A stretch of 64,000 bases of DNA, taken from assembly GCA_001600695.1 (NCBI GenBank), contig BCKQ01000003.1, positions 966,654 to 1,030,653 of the forward strand, in the 5' to 3' direction. The translations under genes and the position numbers were made by a program. This document shows, one piece after another, positions 49,601-60,458 of the stretch. Under the pieces are notes generated by a model. The model saw nothing but the letters and a program-made list of their open reading frames with translations, had not been told where the DNA came from and made no database searches. Each line of letters opens with the position of its first letter. The stretch's first letter is position 1. Source of the stretch: Ascoidea asiatica JCM 7603 (Eukaryota > Fungi > Ascomycota).

Positions 49601-51895
49601 TAATTGATTTTTCAAAAATAGCGATAATCTTAAAGAAATATCTGAAAACAAACTAACATAAGGGTATATAACATCATTCGCGCTAACAAGATCAAAAGCA
49701 TAACCGATATCTTTGAAAAACCTCCATTCTTGATTTAAATCATCACATTCCTTAAAGGTGTTGAAAGTATCCAATTTTTTCGAACTATCTAATAACTTTT
49801 CTCGTAACATTCGATAATAGGTTTTGATTGTATTAGATATCGTTCTTTCATAATTATCATCAATAAATGATGATATTAGCCAATTTTTTTCAGGTAAAAA
49901 AAAGCTATTCATCATTCCTTTGATTTCTATAGCTAATCGTGTAAATGATTTTATATCAGTTGTTAAAGAATCAAACCCTGCAACATTTCTAATTCCATGT
50001 TTTTTATTTCTTTCTGTAAATTTTTCAAAAGACCCAATTCTTAATGCTAATAATTCCTTTAAAATTTTGGCTGGCAATGTAATAAAATCAAGGAATTCAT
50101 CTAAAGTATTTGGCAAGTTCATTTCGTTATAAACTCCTTTGTATTGAATATAAGATTTTTTTGTTTCCACTGCCCAATGACCTAAAAACCTTGAGATTTT
50201 ACCTTGAAATCTATGATAAGTACCTGAATTGAAAAAATCAGTTTCATTACCTTCAACCAATAGTGACAATACCTCAATGCTTGGACCATGATTAGAGTTG
50301 AAAACCAATTTTTTTGCATCCTCCCCACCTAACCATCTTTTAAGTACTTTTTGTTCTTCTTCAAATCGATAATAATTTGTACACCAAGACCTCATACCAT
50401 TTAATTTACTTATAAAAAGATCTGAATTTACTATGGGTTTTTCAACAATCATATCTTTATGATTTTGCCATAATTCTGTACAGTTATCATAATTCTCTAA
50501 CATTCTTTTGATTTGAGTTAATGCTTCTTTACGATATTCATCCAAACATGGTTGACGTCTGTTATTTTCAAAAACTATATCTTCAATTTTCTCTAAATCA
50601 TCTGTCTCTTGAAAGTAATCGTTTATATGAGGATTATCACATTTGATAAATAATTTTGATTTATTCACTTTTCCGGGTATATCTTTTCGTTTTGAGTTGG
50701 AACTAGGATTTTGATTTTTGCTTGCATTGATAGAACGCTTATTAGAATTCCTTGATACTTTAACTCTTGAAGTATATTGTTTTGTTTGTTTGTTTTTTGA
50801 TTGTATCGTTAATTCATCTTCATTTGTGACATTATCTGATGTTGCTTTTGTTGTTGTTGTTAAATTATCTGTTGAATCAATCAAGTTCGATTTCGAATTA
50901 TTCATTTTGGTATTTCTGATTTTTTTTTTCGGAGAGGGTTGATTTGCAATTGAGGCATCTGAGATATTTAAGTTTGTATCAATCATGGTACTTAATTTTT
51001 TATTTTTATCACTTTTTTTAATTTGATTATCTTTGTTTATTTCTAAATCAGAATTACCAGTTTTATCGGAGGTATTATAATTATTTGAATTCGGTTGAAA
51101 AGTATTATTTATTTTACTAAAATTATCAAATTTATTATTATTCATTTGAAAGATATTATCATTATCATTATCATTGAAATTATCATTGAAATTATCATTA
51201 TAAATAGTATCATCTTTTTTAGTATAATTATCATAATCATTATCATAATTAACATTTCGTGAAATACCTCTTTTAAAAGCTTGTGTTGATTCTTGATTAT
51301 CTAATTTAACTTTTGTTAAAGTAGTTTTAAAATCAGGATTATTTTTAGGTATAAATTTATATTTTAAAATTTTTTCAAAAATTGGATCAGATTGATCTTT
51401 TTGAATTTGAGATAATTCAAGATATTTTGCAGCTGATAATTCAAGTCTTTGAGCTTTTAATTCAGCCCAAAATTGAGAATTTAATGAAGCTCTAAGCATC
51501 AATTTTTCATCATCTAAAACTTTAACAATTTTATTTTTTTCTAAAGAAATTACATGACCAGTTACTATAGAATGAACCATTGCTTCCCATTCGAATCTTT
51601 CTTTAATTGAAGGATTTTCGGAAGGATCTTGTTGAAAAACAACAGGTTCAACATCATATAAAATATTATAATTATAAGGATGTTCTTTATTTATTGTTGA
51701 AGCACTTACTGAATTATTAATTTGATTAATATTTAATTCATTTTGGTCATTTTGATCATAATCATGAGAATTATTTTCATCATTATTAGTAAAAATTTGA
51801 TTATATTTTTTATAAGTAGTATAATTTTGATCCATTGGATCTAAAAATTCATAACTAGGTTTATTTTCACTCTTCCTTCTACTTATTTCCGACAT
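46700..51895 (-). CDS. SSK2: HOG-pathway MAPKKK Ssk2/Ssk22 homologue (divergent)
   Basis: C-terminal MEKK kinase domain (IGRGSFGSVY, HRDIKPDN, DFGAAK, GTPIYMAPE, GLRPWAELDNQWAILY). Ssk2-type ERFEW..M and WLCFIVDDC...TFAWA blocks. IMG2-RSA4-SSK22 synteny. Confidence 0.88.
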   Translation of the reverse strand: MSEISRRKSENKPSYEFLDPMDQNYTTYKKYNQIFTNNDENNSHDYDQNDQNELNINQINNSVSASTINKEHPYNYNILYDVEPVVFQQDPSENPSIKERFEWEAMVHSIVTGHVISLEKNKIVKVLDDEKLMLRASLNSQFWAELKAQRLELSAAKYLELSQIQKDQSDPIFEKILKYKFIPKNNPDFKTTLTKVKLDNQESTQAFKRGISRNVNYDNDYDNYTKKDDTIYNDNFNDNFNDNDNDNIFQMNNNKFDNFSKINNTFQPNSNNYNTSDKTGNSDLEINKDNQIKKSDKNKKLSTMIDTNLNISDASIANQPSPKKKIRNTKMNNSKSNLIDSTDNLTTTTKATSDNVTNEDELTIQSKNKQTKQYTSRVKVSRNSNKRSINASKNQNPSSNSKRKDIPGKVNKSKLFIKCDNPHINDYFQETDDLEKIEDIVFENNRRQPCLDEYRKEALTQIKRMLENYDNCTELWQNHKDMIVEKPIVNSDLFISKLNGMRSWCTNYYRFEEEQKVLKRWLGGEDAKKLVFNSNHGPSIEVLSLLVEGNETDFFNSGTYHRFQGKISRFLGHWAVETKKSYIQYKGVYNEMNLPNTLDEFLDFITLPAKILKELLALRIGSFEKFTERNKKHGIRNVAGFDSLTTDIKSFTRLAIEIKGMMNSFFLPEKNWLISSFIDDNYERTISNTIKTYYRMLREKLLDSSKKLDTFNTFKECDDLNQEWRFFKDIGYAFDLVSANDVIYPYVSLFSDISLRLSLFLKNQLFDLDPFDSSFLAFKESSKGRFLSESMIPKKLRLLEESKKKEKKKEVTSSPEERLQKELITRYGSVVEAFRKCKQTLDEVDKNLHLALDNSTVVDISDNKIEEFISFLESSKHKLIKFESSKEINIEYIDLRFNDQNSFSLYCFTRKISRSSYISIIRTLIGSNICCSGKNPVFLDVPNFQIPNEESIKKDPIGGEMDFNEDQNYILAVPLHKSFKWKGEEFTINLDNVAFFSKTELSLPDLIPIKPGTCLLITDGHVDLFKSAKYCFFFEFLKYMKNKKMNIQLNENHLKQLIFKEQPVKVCFLESTNQKCCSINKIQTEFDSATKIFSVMMIQLLKSIPLLRKKYGSCPDKRLIQSLFVFAKKYVLNGFKEIKPGKRTLILELLLNVSLDWLCFIVDDCDGSQKRTFAWAISTIEFAHWFLQHYGIHRLSDAKFNLYKEKMGGCCSILILHFDVLGIKADYNRRLVNIEQVRRKNSSNKAANMVHDKSITIERKVKQIDLLLEKKQKERNELGRVLDKELPVMKYVDSLQTNFKLFSHRWKKRVLIGRGSFGSVYAGIDEETNEQIAIKEICFPKSEFVPDVLSMIEGEVEILEKCHHKNIVTYYGLQVAGDKAYLFMEFCENGALSKYIDKGVGVTRGDGKPWEQIIQFYTCSILKGLIHLHDQNIAHRDIKPDNILLTGDAVIKIGDFGAAKMLNSDQKTFSYGTKTASLLLTGKSTKSSGQQQGTPIYMAPEAVKVPRNGEVPPIFAADIWSLGCVVAEMSTGLRPWAELDNQWAILYRIGQGLPPSVPTEDKFSKLGIDFIKKCFIQNPNERPTARELFVDPWLVDIQNLFSDDDDDDDDNGSRDKGNPNFSSEGLVEVSEEDSEENYGLNDNNGSNNHEGHNEENNNEESTNEESNEESTNEESSNELNHQLHSLRIADSNNRTDLGDSYTRDDNNNNTYSNDDINVIAEETENSNSPVR

Positions 51896-53840
51896 ATTAA
51901 TGAGTTAATATTGATAAATTGATATTAATATAAAATTATAATAATAATAATCAAAAAAAATGAAATTAATTTGATTTTTGAGTAATAAAGAGTATGCGAT
52001 AAGGAGAAGATTTATTAATGATGATTATTCAGTTTATATATCTATTGAATACTTTTTTGTTTGTTAAATACAATATATTGTAAATGTTAATTAAATTAAA
52101 TAAATAATATTGAGAATTAGAAATTAATTTGAAACGAGGATATTGAGACTAATAATTGGATCAAAAAAAATAATAAAAGATGAAACTAGATTGAAATTAT
52201 ATGAATATGAAGTATGATATTTAAAAGTAATTATTCATAAATTGATTGAAATATGAATTGTGTTATCTTTTTATAATTATTATTTTTTGATATTTGTTTT
52301 GATTATTTGATTTATTTTATCAAGTAGTTTACTTTTTACCGCTTTTTTGAATGATAGTTTAATGATTGTATAATAGAAACAGAAATAGAAATAGAAATAG
52401 AATTGAAAGAAGTTGATTTCAGTTTTGATTAGATAAATTAAAAGTTGAATATAATAAATTAAATTAATGGATTATTATTCTTTTTTTTCAAAAAAAAATG
52501 AGAGAATTGTAAAGAGTAGTGAAATATGATTAAATTTTGAAAGAGTTAAAATTTTTAAATTGAATTTTTTTTTTGTATGTAAAAGTAAATTTAGTTTCCG
52601 TAGATTTACTTACCTTTTTGAAAAATTGTCTTAAATTTGTGTTTCAAATTAAATAAGGAATTGAAATTAGATGAATTATTTTAGATTGAGTAAATTACAA
52701 AAAAAAGAGAACGGAAAGTAATTAAGTTACAACAATGTATTAATAAAATATATTGTATATTATTCTAGTTAAGAGTGATATTGAATGTGATTGAAATTAA
52801 AATTATGAAAGAGAGATGTTTTGTTTTAATAAACTAATGTTTTTTTAAAATCTTTGAATGAATTGTAAAACTTTTATAGGAATTATGGAATTAAAAAAAA
52901 AATTTATTAATTTGAAAAGTGTAAAAGTGTAAAAGTTAATTATATTTTTTAAGAAAATTATGAAATTTTTGAGAAAACTTTGTTTTCAGAATTTGATAAA
53001 ATAAAATAAAATTCTTCAAATTTTTATATGGTTATTGAAGTGTAATTTTAATGAAAATTTATTCTGATGTTAAGAGTAACTTCTTTTTCGAAAACTTTTA
53101 AGTTAATGTGAATAAATGAATTTATTGAAGAATAAAAAGAGAATAATATTTAAATATTTCTTTTAGATAAAGTAATTTTTTTCAAGGTAGCCAAACAAAG
53201 ACCTTTAACTGACAGCCCTATATTAATGCTTGGGAAGTTTTTAAAGTAGTAGTGTATTGAAGTATTGAAGTATCAGTAACGTTGAAGGTGATGGTGATGG
53301 AAACAGCGATAGTATTTAGGTTAGCACTCAACTGAGAAATAATCCAATCCCAGCTCTGGCTCTGGAACAAAACCAGATTCAAATTCTTCATTTATTGCCG
53401 ATGCTAAAAAAAAACGGGCATTCTGGGACAAGCGCCACTTCTGGGACACGCTCAGAATTTGGGAAATTCCGACTCAATAAAAAAGCACGTGATAAAGTAT
53501 TAATATGCATTTAAAGGTATGAAGCAATCTCAGGTTGTAATTTGTACAGCTAAGTAAAAAAGACATCTAACTGCATTTTATGGTCGGAATAGTCGATAAT
53601 GTCCGGAATTGACACTTGGAACAAATTCCACTGACACAAACCAATCTGAAATCTATGTGAAGTCTGTAAAAGAATTAAAAAATTATTGAAGAATTGAAAC
53701 AGCTGAGATTATTTTTTTTTTTTTTGTTTTTATTAACAGCCATTGATGTTTTTGTACTTTGTTTCAAGAAACTTCGAGAAAATTCTCTTAAAGTATTGGA
53801 ATATTTGATTATTCACTTATTCTAAAATACGAGTATTCAT

Positions 53841-54525
53841 TCATGAAAAAAAATCTTTCCAAGTGATATTGGTTCTAACAGCATTGGTGAATCCTTCATG
53901 ATATTTAACCCAAATTCTATTTTCTCTATTGAATTTCTTTTTCTCCTTTTGTTTTTGAGTGGAATCAAATCCATCATCATCTTCCTCATCTTCTTCTTCT
54001 AGATTATTATTTACTTTTCCATCTTTATTTTCTAAACTTGTTTCATTTATCTCTTTGGCTTTATTTTTTTGATCTAATTTATATGAATTTTTAAAAAAAT
54101 CCATTGCACTTATTACTTTTCTTCTTTTTTTATTTTTTTCTTCATCTTCTTCATCTTCATCATCATCATCTTCTTCTTCTTCTATTCCATTTTCCGTTAA
54201 TCTTCTTTTCTTATTATTACCATTTTTATACTGATTTTTAAATTTTTTTTTAATTAATCTAATTTCTTCATTTTTTTTACGAATTTCGTTATAAATTATT
54301 CTTAAAATTTCTTGATTCATTATTTTAAATTGTTGAATTGGTATACTATCCATTCTTGAATTATTTTTATTCAAATTATCATTTTCTTTACTATTAAAAT
54401 TTTCAAATTTTGTAATTGGTTTAAAATCAGGTTCAAATTTTAATTCTCCTTCATTATTAAATTCAATTTTTATATTAAATTTTATTAATAATTCCATAAT
54501 TTTCTCTAATTTAAAATTTCCTCCA

Positions 54526-54557
<32 letters not shown>

Positions 54558-56819
54558 TTCATCATTTTCTAAAATTGTTTTTTTATCTTTGATTTCTAAC
54601 ATGAAATTAATTAAATTTGGTAAAATATCTAAAATTATATCTCTTTTTTTAATTTCATTCAAATAAATATTCCCACAACTTGAAAATATCTCAATTAGAT
54701 TATTATTTCTTTTAATAATATTTCTATTTTCCCATTCATCTTCATAATTAACTTTATTACTACTAAATCTTTTATTATTATTTTCATTAATAATATTTTC
54801 AATATTTGAATCATAATTGAAATCATTAAAAATTTCAAAAAATATAAATGGTATTTCAAATAAATAATCACCATTTATTTCTTTTATCATATCATTAAAA
54901 TATAACCAATCAAATAATTTATTTATTTCTCCTTTTAATAATTTATCTTTAAATTGCATATTATTATTTAAATTATATTTAATATAACTACTAAATAATT
55001 TCAAAATTAAATTATTTATATTTAAATTTTTATTATTATTTAAATTTATAATACTTTTAATTTTTTCAAAATTTTTAAATTTACTTAATTTTGAATTTCT
55101 TTTGAGTATTAATTTAACTATTCTATAAATTGGTACATTTGAATCTTTACCATTTGAAAGATTTTTTTCACCATTTTTCATAATTTCATTATTTTTTTTA
55201 TCTAGTTTATGAAATTGTAATGAATTTAAACAATTTCTTAAATCATGATTACTTGATTCTATAATTTCATCTAAAATATTATTAATATTATTTGAATTAG
55301 AATGATATTCATTAGAATTTGAATTTGAAATATCATAATTATCTTCAATTGATAATTTTTCTAATTTACATATATCTTTTAATCTAACTTTTAATAATCT
55401 ATTTGGAATTTTATTAAAATTTATAATTTCAGATACACTTCTTAATTTTTCTAAAACTGGTGAATATAAATCATTACAAATTGCAATTATTGGTCTTGTT
55501 AATAAATTTTTTTTCTTAAATTTTTTTTTCCAATTTTTATTTTTATTTTTATTATTAAAATTAAAAGATTTAACTAATTTATCATCATTTTTAATTAAAT
55601 TTGTTAAAATATTTATAAAACCAAATTCAGTTGCACCATCAATTTCATCTAAAATTAAACAAACTGGTTTATCTTGTTTTTTAGAATTAGATGAAATTAT
55701 ATTTGTATTTAAAGAATTTAAAATTTTATCCTTTATTTTATTACCTGACCTTTCATCACTTGCATTAATTTCAATAGATTGATAACCTAATTGATTTGAA
55801 AGTAATTGAGACATTGAAGTTTTACCAATTCCAGGTGGTCCATTAATGAGTAAAATTTTTTTTAAAGGTCTACTTAAAGGATCTTTAATTTCATTATCAT
55901 TATCAGAATTATTATTATGATTATTAATACTGTCAATTTGATCTTTAAAAATTCGATTATTATTATTAAAAGTTGTTTTATTATGAAAAACACAATCATT
56001 CCACTGACTTAACCATTTTAAAACAGCTCTTATTGATCTTTCATTTCCTATTAAATCAACAAATTTTTGTGGTTTATATTTATCAACTAATAAATCATTG
56101 TCATTGTTTTCAATTTTAATCTCATGATTTATATTATTGAATTCTTCTACTTGATTATTATTTTCAAATTGAATTTGTTTACCTCTTTCTGATAGTTTTT
56201 TTAATTCTATTTTTCGAAATAAATAATCAATATCAATTCCATAAAGCCCCTTTTTTTCATGAACAGGTTTAAAAGCATTATTTGAATTTGAAATTAAGGT
56301 GAATTCTTTTGTATTATTACTCAATATTGAACTTTGATGAATTTTTAAATTTAGTTTTGGATCTAAAAAAATTTCAGTCTCATCAAATAATTTAACTTTT
56401 TTAGATTTACCCAAAGGATTAATTGAATTAGTCATGAAATCCATGGGACTTTCAAAAGCATTTGATCCAGTGGTGGAGTTGATTTTTGTACTAGTTTCTT
56501 CATTGGAGTTTGAATTGGAGCTATTATCATTACCTTTTTCTTGGATTCGTATATCATTTAATTCCAAATCAACTGTTGTTATATTTTTTGTAGGCTCAAT
56601 GCTCGAGTTTGAATTCTGCTGATCATTTGGAATATCTACTATTATTTGTTTGGAACTTTCTACTGGTTGTTTATTTATTTCTTCACTCGGTTTTTTCTCT
56701 GAATTCTTATCAGGTTCATTCAGTGGATTTTCATTTATTGTCAGATTATCTGGAACTAAGTTCTTTTTATTGAATAGGAAACTTTGACTCAAGCTAGGTA
56801 GTTTAAAAGGAAATTCCAT
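53841..56819 (-). CDS. CTF18: Alternative RFC clamp-loader large subunit Ctf18
   Basis: VDKYKPQKFVDLIG, GPPGIGKT, EINASDERS, LILDEIDG, RPIIAICNDLY and the C-terminal WVKYHEGFTNAVR...W Dcc1/Ctf8-binding motif. Confidence 0.96.
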
Positions 56820-56976
56820 AATGACTTAGCTAGATGAATCTTTTTTTAAACTAAGCTCTCTTTATAGTAATAAGAGAAGAGAAATTGAAATCATTTTGCT
56901 TGATTTCAGTCACTCAGAAACTTTCCCTCTCTTCTTTTGACAATACTTTTCAAAACAAATCGATGCTCAAATACAG

Positions 56977-57028
56977 ACGCGTAATAAAAACAAAAGTTTA
57001 TTATTGTTTTTACATTCTTTTTACGCGT
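56977..57028. promoter_or_regulatory. Two MCB elements (ACGCGT at 56977-56982 and 57023-57028) upstream of CTF18
   Basis: Two exact GC-rich consensus sites 160-210 bp upstream of an S-phase gene. Confidence 0.78.
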
Positions 57029-57848
57029 TGTTCTTTTCAAAGGTGCTCCACAAAACCAGCCTCAAATTGGTATCCTCGGCCAGAGAGCCTCCTCTACCCG
57101 AAATGGGTAAAAATCGGCCAAACGGTCCGCTTTCTCGGTCAATTTCCATTTGGCTCTCTTTCTTCTCAATCAAACATAAATCAGGTTTTTCCTCCATAAG
57201 GTTTTTTTTCACTTATTCATGGTTTACGAATAATAATAGTATGATTTGATCAAATTGAATATATTCACTTTTTCAATAGATAATCTCTTTTTTCAATGAA
57301 TCAAAATCAAATTCAAATGAAGTTTTGAAATGATTATCCTGCTAATAAACCTTGCTGTAAAAGTATTAAAATATAATGCATTTAAGTGAATACTGAATTG
57401 AGCAAAATTAAAAAAATTTATAAACACAAAAAAAATAAAAGGCAAATAAATAATGCAAGATACTTTTTCTCATTTCTTGGGTATGTGTTGAAGTTGATTA
57501 TCTATGGTAATAATTGAGTAAATGATGCAAACGTGATATATCCAAATGTTAGACTTTTTAGTAAATTGTCTTTAATCCATATCACAGAATAATCCAGCAA
57601 AAAGTTTTTTTTTTGGCTTTCATATTATGTTTTAAAATTTCAATCATGAATTGCATAAATCATTACCATTCTTTTTTTTGATTGAATTAAGTCATTATCA
57701 AATATGTTTAAATACAGTATATATAAATCTGGAAATTTCCAATGAAATTTTTATTAATTGTTATGTCAAATATATATTATATATATATATATTTAGTTAT
57801 AAATTATAAACTCAAAAAAATTAAAAAAAAAGTGGAAGATAAGTAAAA

Positions 57849-58880
57849 ATGAGAAGAGAAACAAATTTTTATTTAAAGAAAGAATGTAATCCAAATGATT
57901 TAAATTTATATTTAAAATATGTAAATATTAGTGATTATCAATTATTTTGTAAAAAGAATAAATTTAAATTAAATTCTACAAACAATAATAAATCAATATT
58001 TACAAAATTATATGAAATTAGAGATATAATAAGATTAAATTCATTATTTTTTATTAAAGTATTTATATTATCAAGTATAACTGGATTAAATGGTTTACTT
58101 GAATATTGTTATCAGAATAGTAAAAATAAATATTTATTTGATAGTTTTATTAAACCAAATTTTATCAATATTAAAGAAAATAAAAATGAGAATGAAAATT
58201 ATGATGATGACAATGAAAATAAGAGTAAATATTTGAAAAAAGAGGAAATGAGTATTGAATTATTAAGTATAATAGGTCACTGTATTTTAAGAGTTTTACC
58301 CAATAAATTTTCTTTAGTTGAATCAATAAGATCACAACTTGGATTCCATGACATATTTGAAATTACAGATGAATTAATTTCGAATGAAAGACTTAAAAAA
58401 GACTGTGAAAGTATAGATGAAGATAATAAAGAGGATAAAGATTATAATCGATTAAAATTACTTATAAATTTTCAAAAATGGGCAAGAATTATAGAAAATA
58501 AGTTTTTAATTAAAAAACAAGATTCAATTGATATTTTAAGATTAATTTTATCAAATTCAGATCATGAAATTATTGATATTTTGATTAATAAAAATTTATC
58601 ATTAAAATTATATCCTGTAAGATTTTTATTTACTGGAAAATCATTATTTAATTATTATATTTCATTTTTTGAAATTGAGAAATTTCTTAATTCAAATTTA
58701 CTTGTTGATAGTATTATTATTGCTAATCCAAGAGTTTGTCCAATTGATTATTCTTCCAAAAAAAAAAAATTGGAAAAGATTAGAATCAGATTAGTGGAAT
58801 TATTACAAAGCTTAGCTCATGGATCAAATATGATTCGACATGAACAACCACCACCAGGGAGTTATAGATTAAACTATTGA
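57849..58880 (+). CDS. Hypothetical protein, 343 aa, no family recognised
   Basis: Long ORF in very AT-rich DNA, AAAATG context, upstream TATA-like element near 57718, mostly non-repetitive sequence. Confidence 0.75.
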   Translation: MRRETNFYLKKECNPNDLNLYLKYVNISDYQLFCKKNKFKLNSTNNNKSIFTKLYEIRDIIRLNSLFFIKVFILSSITGLNGLLEYCYQNSKNKYLFDSFIKPNFINIKENKNENENYDDDNENKSKYLKKEEMSIELLSIIGHCILRVLPNKFSLVESIRSQLGFHDIFEITDELISNERLKKDCESIDEDNKEDKDYNRLKLLINFQKWARIIENKFLIKKQDSIDILRLILSNSDHEIIDILINKNLSLKLYPVRFLFTGKSLFNYYISFFEIEKFLNSNLLVDSIIIANPRVCPIDYSSKKKKLEKIRIRLVELLQSLAHGSNMIRHEQPPPGSYRLNY

Positions 58881-59486
58881 GGCTTACCACAATACTTCCT
58901 TTACTTATTACTTAATCATTTGGTATTTATCATTCACTTCTGTTCCCTTTATTTCCTGTTTATATTTTGATATTCCCTTTCATTACCAGTTCCAAGTAAA
59001 ATTAAATTAGATTAGATTAGATTATATTCACTTCTTCGTGTTTCAACGAGCGAAACGTTTTTTGCCCGGTATTCACGGCTCTTTATCTTCCGAGACAGTT
59101 CACGGTTGATTAAATCCCGTGCCAGCACTGTGGATCTACTTTTAAGAACCACTCCACTGGTTCCTGTCACCTGCTTTTTCATAAGCGATGCGAATAAACT
59201 TTAATTGCCGAACTTTTCCGCTGCTGTTTTAAATTGTTTTTTTTTCTTTCTCGTTTCCTGCCATTCTTTTTATTTTTTAGTCGAGATTATTGAAAACTTT
59301 TCATCTCACTTCAGTCTTGAGGATATTATTTTCTTTTATTGAAACCTTTTGTCTCACATATTTCTATTTTTCTGCAATATCTTTTCAACTCTAAGACAAA
59401 TTTATTTCATCATCATTAAGAATAAGAATAATATCAATATAATATCAGTATATGTATATATATATCAAAGAAATCAGGGTTTCAAA

Positions 59487-60458
59487 ATGTTTAATGCTCC
59501 ATTACCTCCATCTTTTATAATTGATGCAGAAGCAGTTAGTAGTATAACTGGATCAATATCAATAACATGTTGGATAATTGTATTTTTACCACAAATTTAT
59601 GAAAATTTTTATAGAAAAAGTGCAGATGGATTATCATTATCATTTATAATATTATGGCTTTTAGGTGATATATTTAATGTAATTGGATCAATATTACAAA
59701 AAGTTTTACCAACAATGATAGTTTTAGCAATTTATTATACATTTGCAGATTTATTATTATTATATCAATTTATAATTTATAGAAATAATAATAATATTGA
59801 TAAAATTCATTTTAATCCAATAAATCCAATTAATGGAGAAGAAGATTTAATTGAAGAAGCTTTAATTGATAGTATAATTTTAAAAAAAGATTCAAATTCT
59901 ATAAAAATTAGAAAATTTTTTATAAATTTTTTAATGATTTTTTTAGTTTTAATATCTGGAATTATTGGATGGTATTTTTCAGATAATTCAAATCATCATG
60001 ATAATGATAATGATAATGGCAATAACAATAACAATAACAATGATAATGAATTGAAATTTAATTTAATTGCACAAATTTTTGGATATTTATGTGCAATATT
60101 ATATCTTGGATCAAGAATTCCACAAATTTTTTTAAATTTTAAAAGAAAATCATGTGAAGGAATTTCATTTATGTTTTTTTTATTTGCATGTTTAGGTAAT
60201 TTAACTTATGTTATAAGTATATTATCTGTAAATAAAGCAAATTTTAATTATATTTTAATTAATTTAAGTTGGATTATTGGTAGTGTTGGTACATTATTTT
60301 TAGATTTTATTATTTTTATTCAATTTTTTGTTTATAATGAATTTGATAAATCAATAATTATTGATAATGATGATGAAAGTCCATTAATTCAAAATTATAA
60401 TAATATTAATAATCAAGAAATTAGAATATCTGAAAATTATGGTGGAATTTCAGAATAA
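59487..60458 (+). CDS. PQ-loop vacuolar basic amino-acid transporter (Ypq1/Rtc2 family)
   Basis: Two PQ loops (IVFLPQIYENFYRKSADGLS and LGSRIPQIFLNFKRKSCEGIS), multiple TM segments and a C-terminal DDESPLI acidic dileucine-like signal. ATG at 59487. Confidence 0.93.
   Translation: MFNAPLPPSFIIDAEAVSSITGSISITCWIIVFLPQIYENFYRKSADGLSLSFIILWLLGDIFNVIGSILQKVLPTMIVLAIYYTFADLLLLYQFIIYRNNNNIDKIHFNPINPINGEEDLIEEALIDSIILKKDSNSIKIRKFFINFLMIFLVLISGIIGWYFSDNSNHHDNDNDNGNNNNNNNDNELKFNLIAQIFGYLCAILYLGSRIPQIFLNFKRKSCEGISFMFFLFACLGNLTYVISILSVNKANFNYILINLSWIIGSVGTLFLDFIIFIQFFVYNEFDKSIIIDNDDESPLIQNYNNINNQEIRISENYGGISE

Noticed and set aside
57453-57843. Possible extra first exon (MQDTFSHFL, GTATGT donor at 57481) spliced in frame to the AAG at 57841-57843
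   Set aside because: No branch-point-like sequence, several earlier AGs would have to be skipped, and a TATA-like element lies directly before ATG 57849.
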